Shown here in pieces: positions 9,465-19,287 of a stretch of DNA of 61,034 bases. The stretch is from a virus. Under the pieces are notes generated by a model. It saw only the letters and a list, made by a program, of their open reading frames with translations, searched no databases and was not told where the DNA came from. Each line of letters opens with the position of its first letter. Within the stretch, counting starts at the first letter, position 1. Where the stretch lies: IMG/VR virus record IMGVR_UViG_3300035540_000034, positions 1-61,034 of that record. One strand, given 5' to 3'. The translations under genes and the position numbers were made by a program.

Positions 9465-9917
9465 CTACCCCTTTAGAAAATAAACCTTTTGATATTTTTC
9501 TGGTAGGATAGCGAACAAGTTCATTTCGCTTTCCAGAATTTCTTCTCGTTTCCCAACCATTTCATCTACAAGACCCTCTTCAGATAACTTGTAGATTGCT
9601 ACGTCATTACGAAAAAGAATGAAGGCTTTTTCTTTATCCACAAATACAACACCTTCTTTTATCATTTGGTTTCTACAGTTCTTTAAGATAAGTTTTGCCT
9701 GTTTTTCTTTTCTTGCCTCTTCTTTTGCTTCCTCTTCCAATTTCTCTTTTACTTCTTCGTAAAAAGACTCTGAAAGCAGATAGTCTCCTTGGAAGCCTTC
9801 TTTGTTATAAAGAATAGATTCTTCTTCAAAACGCTCATCTTCCATGTATTGTTGCACTTCAGGCCAAGGAACAAATATAAATTTCGTATTACTTTCTATC
9901 ATTTCTTCTCTAGTCAT
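9465..9917 (-). CDS. Strongly acidic hypothetical protein (150 aa)
   Basis: AGGAGG upstream. Glu-rich central stretch KEKLEEEAKEEARKEKQ. Confidence 0.6.
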   Translation of the reverse strand: MTREEMIESNTKFIFVPWPEVQQYMEDERFEEESILYNKEGFQGDYLLSESFYEEVKEKLEEEAKEEARKEKQAKLILKNCRNQMIKEGVVFVDKEKAFILFRNDVAIYKLSEEGLVDEMVGKREEILESEMNLFAILPEKYQKVYFLKG

Positions 9918-10017
9918 TTTTCCTCCTAGAAAACAAAGACACCTTTATTTTTAGAGACACAAACAACTAATAAATGGAGGTTTATTGTTAGGTTGTAATA
10001 AAGGTGCCTTGTTATCA

Positions 10018-10635
10018 TTATTCTGCTTTATCTAATCTTAGATAAAGTTTTTCCATTTTCATCATTTCATCCCGAGAGTACTCCACAATCTCAGGGATTC
10101 TTGCTTTATTGAAGTCTATCTTTTTCTTCTTATTATCTTGTCCAAAGACAATTTGAAGAATAGTATCAAGACTCCTTTCTCGATTTTCTGACATATCATA
10201 ATGGCCACGTCTGTCGCCTCTAAATAGAAGTGGCTCTAACCAACGAACACTAATATCAGCATCAAGAACTGTAGCCCTATTCATGATCACAGGTATATCA
10301 AACTTCTTACCATTAAAGGTAACAAGAGTCTTACCGTATTGAATAGTATCAAAGATGGCCTTGTAGGCTATCTCTATCAGTTCTTTCTCTGAATAGTCAT
10401 CAATAGTGTAAGTAACTAGATCTTTGTCAGCTTCCTTAATATTTACAACTACAACTCTTGCGAACCAAGGTTTAAGTGCTAACTCATTGATGAGTTTTTG
10501 CTTTTTCTTCTCGACATTTCTCTTGATCTTCTCCGGATCAGTCCAATTACTAGGAGCCTTAATCTTGTTAAAGATATTAGCCTGATTGGCTGTCCCGAAG
10601 TCTGGTCGAGTTTCTAGATCTAATATTGTGTACAT
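10018..10635 (-). CDS. DnaQ/PolB-exo-like 3'-5' exonuclease (RNase H fold)
   Basis: ILDLET (Exo I, DxE) and TFNGKKFDIPV (Exo II) motifs. Confidence 0.7.
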   Translation of the reverse strand: MYTILDLETRPDFGTANQANIFNKIKAPSNWTDPEKIKRNVEKKKQKLINELALKPWFARVVVVNIKEADKDLVTYTIDDYSEKELIEIAYKAIFDTIQYGKTLVTFNGKKFDIPVIMNRATVLDADISVRWLEPLLFRGDRRGHYDMSENRERSLDTILQIVFGQDNKKKKIDFNKARIPEIVEYSRDEMMKMEKLYLRLDKAE

Positions 10636-10636
10636 A

Positions 10637-12535
10637 TTATTCTCCTTCTACATTAGTAAAGTCTATCTCTTCTGGTCGTGGGGGAGTGTTACCAATTTTA
10701 TGATTACCTTCCCAAGATAGGTCTACATCATAATCAGCAGGTGCATATTTATCTTTTGCTACAAAGATTCTAAACACACGATCTTGGCCACCTTTCTCGG
10801 GTCTCCAGCAAGTCAGTACATGGTCAGCTAGGTTTACTATCTCACCGCTGTCCTTAGCTGAATCCATGCCTAATCTCATATTGGCGTTTCCTGCCAGATA
10901 TTTAGGCACTTGTACCAAAAAGATTACAGCTATATTGTTCTTCTTAGAGAAGTTCTTCATGGTCTGAGCAATATTGATAGCTCTTTCTGTGGGACCATTG
11001 CCTTTAGCTGGTACCATTCCAAGGTAATCTATTACTAAGACTTGAAACTTTCTATTCATTGTGTGGGATATAGACTCAACATAGTCAGGTATCTTTTCTA
11101 CGTTAATACTGGAGTCGTCTACAAAGGTGACATTCTGCATGATACCTGAGAATTGTTGTTGAGCAACTTCATCGTTGAACAGTTCTTCCTTAGATATGTT
11201 GTGTTTCTTTCTGATTACCTGTGCAAAACTAGAAGCTGCCATATCATAAGATAAGAACAGAAAGTTTATATCTCTAAAGTGATTGATAAGATTGAGTAAA
11301 AAGGTTGTTTTCCCAGATGATGATCCTCCTACAAGACAACTAATATGGCCATGTGATGGTTTGATAGGTGAGATGTTAAGATTAGGATATAACCTTGAAG
11401 GTACTAACCAGCTGTTAGAACTTTCCTTACTTAGCTCTTTCATCAGTAAAGTAAAATCATTACCAGTGAATACATGTTTTTCCTGCTCGTTTTCTCTGGT
11501 AGGATATTCTATACAATGTTTGTCACAGTAACGAGATTTAATCTCATCCTGACAATTGTAAAGGTAACCTGGATAGTAATCAATGATCTTATTTATATGA
11601 CCATTTGGAAGTGGATCATCTAAACTTTTATTCCAAGCCTTTAGTATATTGTGGACATAAGACTTAGGCATAGCTAGATTCTGGGCAAAGTGAGACATAA
11701 TCCTCAGAGCTGTTTTATTACGGTGATTAGGGAAACTAGTTCCATGTAGTATATTATGTATACACAATTTCTGACCATACGGATATTGTTGGCTGGCACT
11801 ACTATCTCTTACATCATATTCTTCTTTGTCACCGTAATTTTCTCGTGCTTCATCAGCCAGTGTAGGTTTTTCAATTGAAAGGAAAGGTTCTACTTCTGTA
11901 TCTGGAGCAACATCTGCGTTGCTAAAGATATCATCAATGACATCAGGCTTTACTACATTTCTTTTGAAAGCAAAGCATTTTGTATAGTCATCAAAATCTC
12001 CCTTGAACACGAGCTCTTTCTTTTCTTCACCAGTTATATTGTGTTTAGAGAAAGGAGCTCTAATAACTCTAACAGCATCATAGATGCTAAAGTCTACATA
12101 AGGTTCAAGATCGTCATAAAAATCTATAATAGCTTCAGCAGTTTTTCTTGCTACCAAGTTGAACTTATTGTCATACTCTTTAGGGTAAGCTATATAGTTT
12201 TTATGTATGTATAAGTGGAATCCTTTCTTGCCTGAAAAGAATATCCTATACTTAATATTATCTTCTTCTAAATCTAAAAGAAGATTGATAAGAGCCTTGG
12301 TTGGTTTCTCAAGTCCTTCATCACAATCAACATCAAGTATAACCCACTCACCATAAACAGGGCCTTTATATCCTTTAACTTTACCGGTGTTCGCAATATG
12401 AGTTGCCATCTCTTTTCCATAGTAATAGGCGGAGGTATAAAGAACATTGGCAGACTCTATTGACTCTTGTAAGGACTCAGCCCTCACCACCTGACGGTGA
12501 TGAGTGACTGAATCTGTAAGTAAATAAAGCCTCAT
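10637..12535 (-). CDS. Bifunctional primase-helicase: N-terminal archaeo-eukaryotic primase (prim-pol) domain + C-terminal RecA/DnaB-type helicase
   Basis: VILDVDCD and GKKGFHLYIH (AEP motifs). GGSSSGKTTF (Walker A) and VLVIDYLG (Walker B). Confidence 0.8.
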   Translation of the reverse strand: MRLYLLTDSVTHHRQVVRAESLQESIESANVLYTSAYYYGKEMATHIANTGKVKGYKGPVYGEWVILDVDCDEGLEKPTKALINLLLDLEEDNIKYRIFFSGKKGFHLYIHKNYIAYPKEYDNKFNLVARKTAEAIIDFYDDLEPYVDFSIYDAVRVIRAPFSKHNITGEEKKELVFKGDFDDYTKCFAFKRNVVKPDVIDDIFSNADVAPDTEVEPFLSIEKPTLADEARENYGDKEEYDVRDSSASQQYPYGQKLCIHNILHGTSFPNHRNKTALRIMSHFAQNLAMPKSYVHNILKAWNKSLDDPLPNGHINKIIDYYPGYLYNCQDEIKSRYCDKHCIEYPTRENEQEKHVFTGNDFTLLMKELSKESSNSWLVPSRLYPNLNISPIKPSHGHISCLVGGSSSGKTTFLLNLINHFRDINFLFLSYDMAASSFAQVIRKKHNISKEELFNDEVAQQQFSGIMQNVTFVDDSSINVEKIPDYVESISHTMNRKFQVLVIDYLGMVPAKGNGPTERAINIAQTMKNFSKKNNIAVIFLVQVPKYLAGNANMRLGMDSAKDSGEIVNLADHVLTCWRPEKGGQDRVFRIFVAKDKYAPADYDVDLSWEGNHKIGNTPPRPEEIDFTNVEGE

Positions 12536-12537
12536 TA

Positions 12538-13041
12538 TTAACCGGAGGCTTCCTGTTTTTCTTCCTTAGGTGGTTCAAAGTCATCGACTCCGCCAAATTC
12601 GTTGACTTTTCCTGTGTCTTCAGAGAAAGGTGAGGCAGGTTTATCTTCTTGGATTTGACTAGAAGTATTCTTGCTTGAAGGTCTTAGTTTTTCTGCGTTG
12701 AGATAGCCTCCAGAGTTTTTAACTTTAACTTCAAGTGGGCCACGCCACTTTTTGTTAACAGTCTCAACTTTCATCTCTTCAAGAGAAGGTAGTTCTACCT
12801 TACCGTCTCCAAATCCCTCCTGCTTTAAAGCTCTCAGCAATGCTTTAGCTTTTCTAGGACTAACCTTAACACGACCTTTGTCGTTCATGAACATAGATAT
12901 AGTGTCAGCATAGTTTCCATTTTCGCTACGTTGCATAACAGGAGTAAACACTGCCATATAACCACCTTTGATTTCACGGATTCCTTTAAAGTAGCACAGT
13001 ACCCAACCATTTTGTATCGGTTGATCTAATTCTAGTATCAT
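12538..13041 (-). CDS. Possible single-stranded DNA-binding protein (167 aa)
   Basis: Sits between the helicase and the Sak4-like ATPase. Disordered C-part ends in an acidic DDFEPP tail like SSB tips. No fold evidence. Confidence 0.4.
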   Translation of the reverse strand: MILELDQPIQNGWVLCYFKGIREIKGGYMAVFTPVMQRSENGNYADTISMFMNDKGRVKVSPRKAKALLRALKQEGFGDGKVELPSLEEMKVETVNKKWRGPLEVKVKNSGGYLNAEKLRPSSKNTSSQIQEDKPASPFSEDTGKVNEFGGVDDFEPPKEEKQEASG

Positions 13042-13049
13042 AATACCTC

Positions 13050-13820
13050 CTATTTACTTATTTGATTAACTAAGAATTTTTGCAGTCCATCTGCGGTTTT
13101 AATATCGTACATCTTCTTGATCCTACAGCCTCCAAAAGAATACTTTTGTACAGCAGCAGTATCAAAGTTTACAGCTAACTGACTCTTACCATCTTTGGTT
13201 TGACGGGTGAAGAGAGCATGAGCATCTGAATTGGTTTGTACAAATTGTTTTACCTTACCGGGTATGTCCATATCAATATGTGTAAAGCCATCTTCTGGAG
13301 AGTTAATCTTAACATGTGTTACAGTGATGAGAGTTCTTGTTAAAGCTTTTAGCTTATTGATAAGTTCCTTGAACTCTTGTCTATGTAGGTACCAGCCTCG
13401 ACCCATGGGGATCTCACCAATATACCTTACTCCTTGACGTTCTGCAATATCATTCATCATCATAAGATTGAGCTCGTCCAGAGGGTCGATTACCAAGAAA
13501 TCAAGATTAAGCTTGTGCTTGTAACGTTTTAACTTCTCATACACCTCATAGAATTCTTGCATGTTGCTTGCTTTCCAGAAGCGTCCTTTCAGAGCTGCTG
13601 TACCATCTTCTAAATCTACATGAGCGACTCTGGCGTGTTTCTGTAAATTCGCACAGAATTCACTCTTACCAGTCTTAACTGCTCCTGTAAGATTAAGCCA
13701 AGATAGACGTTCATCTGCTTCTTTGTGGTCCTCTAAACAATTAAGTTTGGGAGTACCTAATGAATCAAAGATATCAACGATACCTTCAGGGGTTTTCTTT
13801 ACCGTTGCTGTTTGTGCCAT
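13050..13820 (-). CDS. AAA_24 / Sak4-like RecA-family recombination ATPase
   Basis: GAVKTGKS (Walker A) and FLVIDPLDEL (Walker B). Typical neighbourhood with SSB and exonuclease. Confidence 0.65.
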   Translation of the reverse strand: MAQTATVKKTPEGIVDIFDSLGTPKLNCLEDHKEADERLSWLNLTGAVKTGKSEFCANLQKHARVAHVDLEDGTAALKGRFWKASNMQEFYEVYEKLKRYKHKLNLDFLVIDPLDELNLMMMNDIAERQGVRYIGEIPMGRGWYLHRQEFKELINKLKALTRTLITVTHVKINSPEDGFTHIDMDIPGKVKQFVQTNSDAHALFTRQTKDGKSQLAVNFDTAAVQKYSFGGCRIKKMYDIKTADGLQKFLVNQISK

Positions 13821-13916
13821 TTGTTTTAAACCTTTCTCTGTACCGCATATTTTATTCTCTCAGATAATAGCTACGGGTACAGTAATAGCTATTAAGAGAA
13901 GTTTGTATTACTACTA

Positions 13917-15437
13917 TCAGAAAATTATCTTGTACAAGACAGATATGGTATGAAGCTCTCTGAAAATTTCATAAGCATAGTTAGACTTTTGTTTATGTAG
14001 GCGTGCCATTGAATACGAAATCGGACTTATATTGTCCTTAAACGTGAATATCAAAGGGCTGAGGCTAGTTAGAACGGTCTTATTTTCCAGTATTTTTAAA
14101 CCTTCTGGAAATAAGAACTCCTGAATAGCTAACTTGCCATCAACACTAGCCTCTTGCCAAGACAAAAATAAGTTAGACAGGAACTGTTCTGCAAAAGTTA
14201 AGATTGGGTTAATATCCAATATTTTATTAGACATCTTAGTTAGTTGAGCTTGCAATTCCAACTTCTCCTTACTTATCTTATTGATCTTTTGCTTGTACTT
14301 TTCCTTAGAAAAGGTTCCGTCAATTAGCAGTTCGTCTAATCTTTCTTCTTGACCTTGGAGTTTTGAGAGTCTAGCTCTAATTCTTGTGGTATCTTTTTTA
14401 GAGTCTTGAGAATATTCCTCAGCCAATGAGGCAAGTTCCTCTTTCAGCTGTTGCCACTGAGCTTTATTGAAAGAAAGCTCATCATCAAGCATCTCTTTTA
14501 ATTGTTTCACAATCTTCTTTTCACCAATGTTTACACATGACTCATGGCACTTGTAATAGGTATGACCTTTTACTTTGTAGCCAGACATTACATGTTCATT
14601 GTTACATTTTAAAAATGAGTTGAAAAGAAATTTGCGAGATCTGTGAGCAACCTGAGGCTTAGTAACACGTACTCCATTAACTCTAAACCAAGTACTCTTA
14701 CAGATGATAGGTTTAAAGTTTCCCAGTAATAGTTCAGGGAAGAGTCTAGTTCTCATTAGTCCACAATATATAGGATTCTGTACTATCTTGTGTACATGTG
14801 AACGTGTAAACTTACCATGACCAAGTGTTTTTAACACTCTAATTATCTCTTGAGCCGACTCATGTCGCTCAAACATTTCAAAGATTGTTTTGACAGCCTG
14901 AGCTTCTTCCCATACGGGTTCAAGTTTTCTATGACCATTTACTTTCTTGCCATATCGATAGCCATAAGGGGGTGAGAACACCCAATAACCTTTGCTCAGA
15001 GCTTTCTTCATACCAGCTACAGCTCTCTCTCTGATCTTATCAGATTCATACTCAGACATAGCAAAGTTAATATTTCTCTGAAATCTGCCATCTGGTGACT
15101 CTGCATCATAGCTTTCTGTAGCTGAGTGCAGCTTAGCTCCCAATCGTTTTAGCTGAGCCGAAACGTTGAGAGAGTCTTGTAGGTTACGTGAGAAACGATC
15201 ATACTTCCAGACAATAATAGCTTCAATGTTATTGTTGCCTTTTACATAATTTATCATCTTCTTAAAAGAGGTTCTCTTCTCGATACTACGACCAGAGATT
15301 CCCTCTTCTACGAATGTCTTTGCTATATTGATCTTATGACGCTTTGCATATTCTTCACAAACGTCTTGTTGAAATTCAAGGCTATAACCTTGGGTTTGAT
15401 CTTGAGTGGATACTCTAATATAGATTACTCCAAACAT
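13917..15437 (-). CDS. int: Large serine recombinase (integrase)
   Basis: N-terminus VIYIRVSTQDQ (catalytic Ser motif), resolvase-type domain, long C-terminal recombinase / Cys-rich / coiled-coil extension. AGGAGG RBS. Confidence 0.9.
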   Translation of the reverse strand: MFGVIYIRVSTQDQTQGYSLEFQQDVCEEYAKRHKINIAKTFVEEGISGRSIEKRTSFKKMINYVKGNNNIEAIIVWKYDRFSRNLQDSLNVSAQLKRLGAKLHSATESYDAESPDGRFQRNINFAMSEYESDKIRERAVAGMKKALSKGYWVFSPPYGYRYGKKVNGHRKLEPVWEEAQAVKTIFEMFERHESAQEIIRVLKTLGHGKFTRSHVHKIVQNPIYCGLMRTRLFPELLLGNFKPIICKSTWFRVNGVRVTKPQVAHRSRKFLFNSFLKCNNEHVMSGYKVKGHTYYKCHESCVNIGEKKIVKQLKEMLDDELSFNKAQWQQLKEELASLAEEYSQDSKKDTTRIRARLSKLQGQEERLDELLIDGTFSKEKYKQKINKISKEKLELQAQLTKMSNKILDINPILTFAEQFLSNLFLSWQEASVDGKLAIQEFLFPEGLKILENKTVLTSLSPLIFTFKDNISPISYSMARLHKQKSNYAYEIFRELHTISVLYKIIF

Positions 15438-15698
15438 TGTGGAGCCTCCTTTTTCTCTAAATACAATTTAAAGATTAACCGAGCTAGCTTCTTTATGTCA
15501 AGTTCCAATTTATCTCCTCCAATAGTAGTAATGACTTAATATTTTGGATCTAATCCGTTTTATCAAACAACAGATTGTGCGTATGATACTAAACATTTTT
15601 TCTTCTTTCTTAATTTTTTCTTGACATATAGTTATCTAACATGGGAACATGTAAATGTTGTTAGCGAATATCTGTCAAGCAGAAAATTACAGGAGAGA

Positions 15699-16073
15699 AT
15701 GATGTTGGATTTTCAGAAAGAATTCAAGGTTCGTAAGAGTGTGGGTGGACGCCTTGCTGCATGGAGAAAGAAAGCTGGCCTTGGCCAGACCGAATTAGCC
15801 GAAAGAATCGGTATCGGTCAAGCTGCCCTTTCTCGTATCGAGAGCGGCAATCTTCCTCTCCATGTTATCCAGTTAAAAGAATTAGCCAGATTAGGGGTAG
15901 ATTTACATTACCTTATTGTCGGTGAGTCTTTTGAAAATAAAGACCACAACAAAGAGGTAACCCGACTAATCAAGCAAATTCATGAGTTGAAAACTAAAAA
16001 TCAAAAGTTGAAAACAACTCTCGAAGCTAAAGATGAGAGATTGTTAGCACTTATTGATAAGTTAACTGGATGA
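15699..16073 (+). CDS. XRE-family helix-turn-helix transcriptional regulator (CI-like repressor candidate) with C-terminal coiled coil
   Basis: GQTELAERIGIGQAALSRIESGN HTH. Divergent from the integrase. ATG 15699/15702 after AGGAGAG is preferred to the TTG 15621 of the ORF track. Confidence 0.8.
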   Translation: MMLDFQKEFKVRKSVGGRLAAWRKKAGLGQTELAERIGIGQAALSRIESGNLPLHVIQLKELARLGVDLHYLIVGESFENKDHNKEVTRLIKQIHELKTKNQKLKTTLEAKDERLLALIDKLTG

Positions 16074-16250
16074 ATAGGCTGAACGTATAAACATAGATAT
16101 ACATAAGCCTATGAAAAACGACAGTACAGACGCGTAAATAACAGACAAGATACAAACTAGGATCAGCAGGACAAGGGCTGTCTTGCCTGCTGATTCTGTT
16201 ATATCTATGAGAGCTCCTACAATTAATCCGATTAGAAATGGGAATATCAT
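16062..16250 (-). CDS. Small two-TM membrane protein (62 aa), translationally coupled to the vWA gene
   Basis: ATGA overlaps the vWA stop. GGAGG lies 5 nt upstream. Two hydrophobic helices. Confidence 0.5.
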   Translation of the reverse strand: MIFPFLIGLIVGALIDITESAGKTALVLLILVCILSVIYASVLSFFIGLCISMFIRSAYSSS

Positions 16251-17557
16251 TCTTCCCTCCAATCTTCCATATAGACCACTTCACCAAAAGGTGGATTGAA
16301 CATGTTCCGGGCATAACCATCGATAACCCATAGGACAGGTATATCTGGTTCTTCTTCCGGGAAGCTATAGCACATACCATCAGTAAATACTATTATAGCT
16401 TTATGGTCAAAGCCTCCTTCGTTATCCATGAAGTGTTCTAGTGGAGGAACAAAGTCTGTACCACCACCACCTTTGGGGTTGATGTCATCATTCATTCCAT
16501 TGATGATGTCTGGCCCATAAACTTTAGTATCGAAATACACAACTTCTAATTGTGTACCCTTAAAGTTAAAGGCTATACTCTTTACTTCTGAGATATACTG
16601 TTTTACTTCCTCGAATTGTACACTGCCACTGGTATCACAGGCTATACCTATAGTACCTAATTTAGGTGCTTCTAAGGAAGGCAAATATAAATCAGTGTAA
16701 AGGTACCGTTTGTTAGGTGACTTCCATCTGTAGTCGTTTTTACTATTCTCAGTAATGAAACGAGCGAGGATCTCTTTCCAAGAAAGTTTTTCCTCATTTA
16801 TACTGTCCAGCTGGCGTTTCATACCAGCAGGTATAGTCCCTCTACTTTTAGCTGCTGCAACAGCCTTGTTTATCTGCACCTTACAATTTTCTTCCTGCTC
16901 TTTGGCAGTTAGAGAGTAGTCGCCACTGTTAGGTGCTGACCCTTGGTCTTCATTACCTTGTTCTTTATCTGTATTTGCTGCTGACTTTGTTGCAGCTTCC
17001 TGTTCTTCTTTGCTTTTACCATCTTCTGATGAACTCGATGATGTATTTTCATCTTCATCCGAGTCATCATCTGTATCTTTTGAAGAGTTAGCTTCACCTG
17101 AAGAACCAGGCTGGTAATCTTCTACATCGCCTATAGAAGTAAATTGAGGAACACTTTCTGGTTCTCCATACTTGTCTATAAGCTTTTCGTAGATCTCTTC
17201 AGCTGACATGTTCTCGAAATCATTGCTTTGTAGTCCTCCTTCTGGAATGGTTAACCCGTTGGATGCAATTATGGGATTAACAGCATAATCACAAGCCATG
17301 TTCCAGACTCTATGGTTACGATTGTTTCGCCTGAAAGGATGTAGCATTGCTACATGGAGAACTTCGTGAGCGATAAGACCAATAGTTTCCTCCTGACTTA
17401 TACTATCGATAAAATCAGGATTAAACTTAAGTACTACAGAATCAGTAGCTGCTGTAGGTATGGTCGTATCCTCAACTCTTTTCAGATGTAATGCTAGACT
17501 AGCAAAGAAGGGTTGATTTAAAAGCAACTTAGTCATTGCTATTTGTATCTTTTTCAT
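16247..17557 (-). CDS. vWA-domain protein with N-terminal HExxH metallopeptidase-like domain (DUF2201-type), CobT-like
   Basis: HEVLH at codons 64-68 (17354-17368). MIDAS motif DTSGS. Acidic low-complexity linker. AGGAGG RBS. Confidence 0.8.
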   Translation of the reverse strand: MKKIQIAMTKLLLNQPFFASLALHLKRVEDTTIPTAATDSVVLKFNPDFIDSISQEETIGLIAHEVLHVAMLHPFRRNNRNHRVWNMACDYAVNPIIASNGLTIPEGGLQSNDFENMSAEEIYEKLIDKYGEPESVPQFTSIGDVEDYQPGSSGEANSSKDTDDDSDEDENTSSSSSEDGKSKEEQEAATKSAANTDKEQGNEDQGSAPNSGDYSLTAKEQEENCKVQINKAVAAAKSRGTIPAGMKRQLDSINEEKLSWKEILARFITENSKNDYRWKSPNKRYLYTDLYLPSLEAPKLGTIGIACDTSGSVQFEEVKQYISEVKSIAFNFKGTQLEVVYFDTKVYGPDIINGMNDDINPKGGGGTDFVPPLEHFMDNEGGFDHKAIIVFTDGMCYSFPEEEPDIPVLWVIDGYARNMFNPPFGEVVYMEDWREE

Positions 17558-18428
17558 TAGAGTCCTCCTCTTGATTCTTAGGCATGTAAGATTTCATTTT
17601 CTCATATATTTCATCAGCCTTATTAACCATATCTTTACGGAGTCTCTTGTTTGTCCTGAGGTCATCAGGGTCTTTGACTAACTCATTAGAAGCTTCTTCT
17701 GCTAATTTATCTAGCATTGTATCTTCCAGGAAATTTAGCCTAGGAACTATCTCGCAAACATCCTTAAGGTTTGTTACCAATGTGTTCTTGAATTTACCAT
17801 CAGGATCTTTAAGTTTGTCCCTGTATTTCTGGACTACTTCTAGAGTTCTTGACCATAAGTTTTTGTTAGCCTTATATATTTTTTTGTAGGTTTGCTGACG
17901 AATAGTCTTTTTGATCTTCTTGACCTCAGTATCTTTTAGGCTAACCCTAAAATCATTAGGGTCAGTAATCTGTTCAATATGATTGCTAACATCAAAAAGT
18001 TCTTTTAACATAACCTCATCAGGATAGTCGTCTTCATCATATAGGCTACCTAATGTTAGTTGAGCTTCTTGTTTGTAGACTTTGAAATGCTTACAGAAAC
18101 CATCTACTTCTTGGTGGAATTCTGACATTAGCTTGTTCATTGTTCCTACGTACTCCCAATAGTTAGTGGAAGGTAACATTCTGTATCCTTGGTCGTCCCA
18201 AGGCAGAGTGTTTTCGTAGTGGAATTGTCTTGCTGTTCTAGCTATCTTCTTGATAGCTTTCAAATGTTCCTTACTAACCAGATGTTTATGATAAACACCT
18301 GCATCTTTAGCAGCATTATGTAGTTTATTTACCTCTTCAGCAGCTGGTCGATCTACTTTGAGTCCACTCCAAGTGGATATCTTTAATCGTACCAGCATTG
18401 CCTTGTAGGTGAGTGTCGAATTTTTCAT
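17529..18428 (-). CDS. DUF3150-like protein (299 aa)
   Basis: N-terminal LVRLKISTWSGLKVD resembles the DUF3150 family that accompanies CobS/CobT-like pairs on mobile elements. Recognised by eye only. Confidence 0.45.
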   Translation of the reverse strand: MKNSTLTYKAMLVRLKISTWSGLKVDRPAAEEVNKLHNAAKDAGVYHKHLVSKEHLKAIKKIARTARQFHYENTLPWDDQGYRMLPSTNYWEYVGTMNKLMSEFHQEVDGFCKHFKVYKQEAQLTLGSLYDEDDYPDEVMLKELFDVSNHIEQITDPNDFRVSLKDTEVKKIKKTIRQQTYKKIYKANKNLWSRTLEVVQKYRDKLKDPDGKFKNTLVTNLKDVCEIVPRLNFLEDTMLDKLAEEASNELVKDPDDLRTNKRLRKDMVNKADEIYEKMKSYMPKNQEEDSNEKDTNSND

Positions 18429-18429
18429 T

Positions 18430-18909
18430 TTAGGCTCCTTGTTTTAAGATTTTTCTTATTACTTCAGGCAGAGAGTAACGGGTATCGTTTATATGGTCAT
18501 CCTTAATGTAACTATCTTTAAGCATAACCTTAAGAACATCTACGGATATATCCTCGAAGTTCTTTTCAGCAAACTCATATAAGCTCAAGGTTCCTTCGTC
18601 GCCATAAAGTAGACAACTTCTAACTATCTGAATATCTGACAAATATTTATCGCTGTCGTCAGCGTAGTCGCCTGCTACTACGATTCTGTCTCCAGCCCAG
18701 CTACCAACTAGGTGTGCTAAAGGATCATTGTCGTCGATACACAAATCTCCACCTCCCAAGCCATTGCCGCTAGATAAAAGAATTGCTAGTCCACAAAGAG
18801 ATCCTTGTCTGCTGCTAGCAAATTCCATGAGTTTTGTTCCTTCTCCAAACTTATAAGGGTCAATGTATTGTTGCTTATCAAGATTGACTATCTTGTAGTA
18901 TTGTCCCAT
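18430..18909 (-). CDS. Hypothetical protein (159 aa)
   Basis: AAGGAG RBS. No domain recognised. Confidence 0.6.
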   Translation of the reverse strand: MGQYYKIVNLDKQQYIDPYKFGEGTKLMEFASSRQGSLCGLAILLSSGNGLGGGDLCIDDNDPLAHLVGSWAGDRIVVAGDYADDSDKYLSDIQIVRSCLLYGDEGTLSLYEFAEKNFEDISVDVLKVMLKDSYIKDDHINDTRYSLPEVIRKILKQGA

Positions 18910-19282
18910 TTATATCTCCTTTCTCAGAAGGTACTATTGTTAACTGGTAACCTTGTTCTCCAGGCTTCCATTTAGTTGTATAGACTTTACCGTTTCTGAT
19001 GATGTAAGTATAAAGTCTAACATTCCACATATCTTTGATTGTTACAGTTACATACCTTATGTATGGAGCTATAACAAACAACCATATCTTTGCATGGTTA
19101 GATACAGTTATTGTCTTAGAAGTATTACTGTTCTGTTTCATCAGGTTAAATCTATCTAGTTCACTTTCCCACAAACTAGCAATACCTGACTTTTTTTTCA
19201 TCTTGATCTTAGATAATAACCCACCTAGAGCTTTTCTGTCGCTGATATCTAGGTGTTTAATTTCGATTATACAGCAATCCAT
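18878..19282 (-). CDS. Paralog family B, copy 1 (134 aa)
   Basis: IIEIKHLDISDRKALGGLLSKIKMK aligns with copy 2 at roughly 40-45 percent identity over the N-half. Confidence 0.55.
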   Translation of the reverse strand: MDCCIIEIKHLDISDRKALGGLLSKIKMKKKSGIASLWESELDRFNLMKQNSNTSKTITVSNHAKIWLFVIAPYIRYVTVTIKDMWNVRLYTYIIRNGKVYTTKWKPGEQGYQLTIVPSEKGDINGTILQDSQS

Positions 19283-19287
19283 GTTTA

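Noticed and set aside
15621-15698. TTG-initiated 26-aa N-terminal extension of the XRE ORF
   Set aside because: The TTG is part of a TTGACA box and has no RBS. ATG 15699/15702 follows AGGAGAG and precedes the HTH domain at a normal distance.
16051-16380. 109-aa minus-strand ORF overlapping the end of the vWA gene
   Set aside because: It is out of frame with, and almost fully inside, two better-supported genes (16247..17557 and 16062..16250). No RBS.
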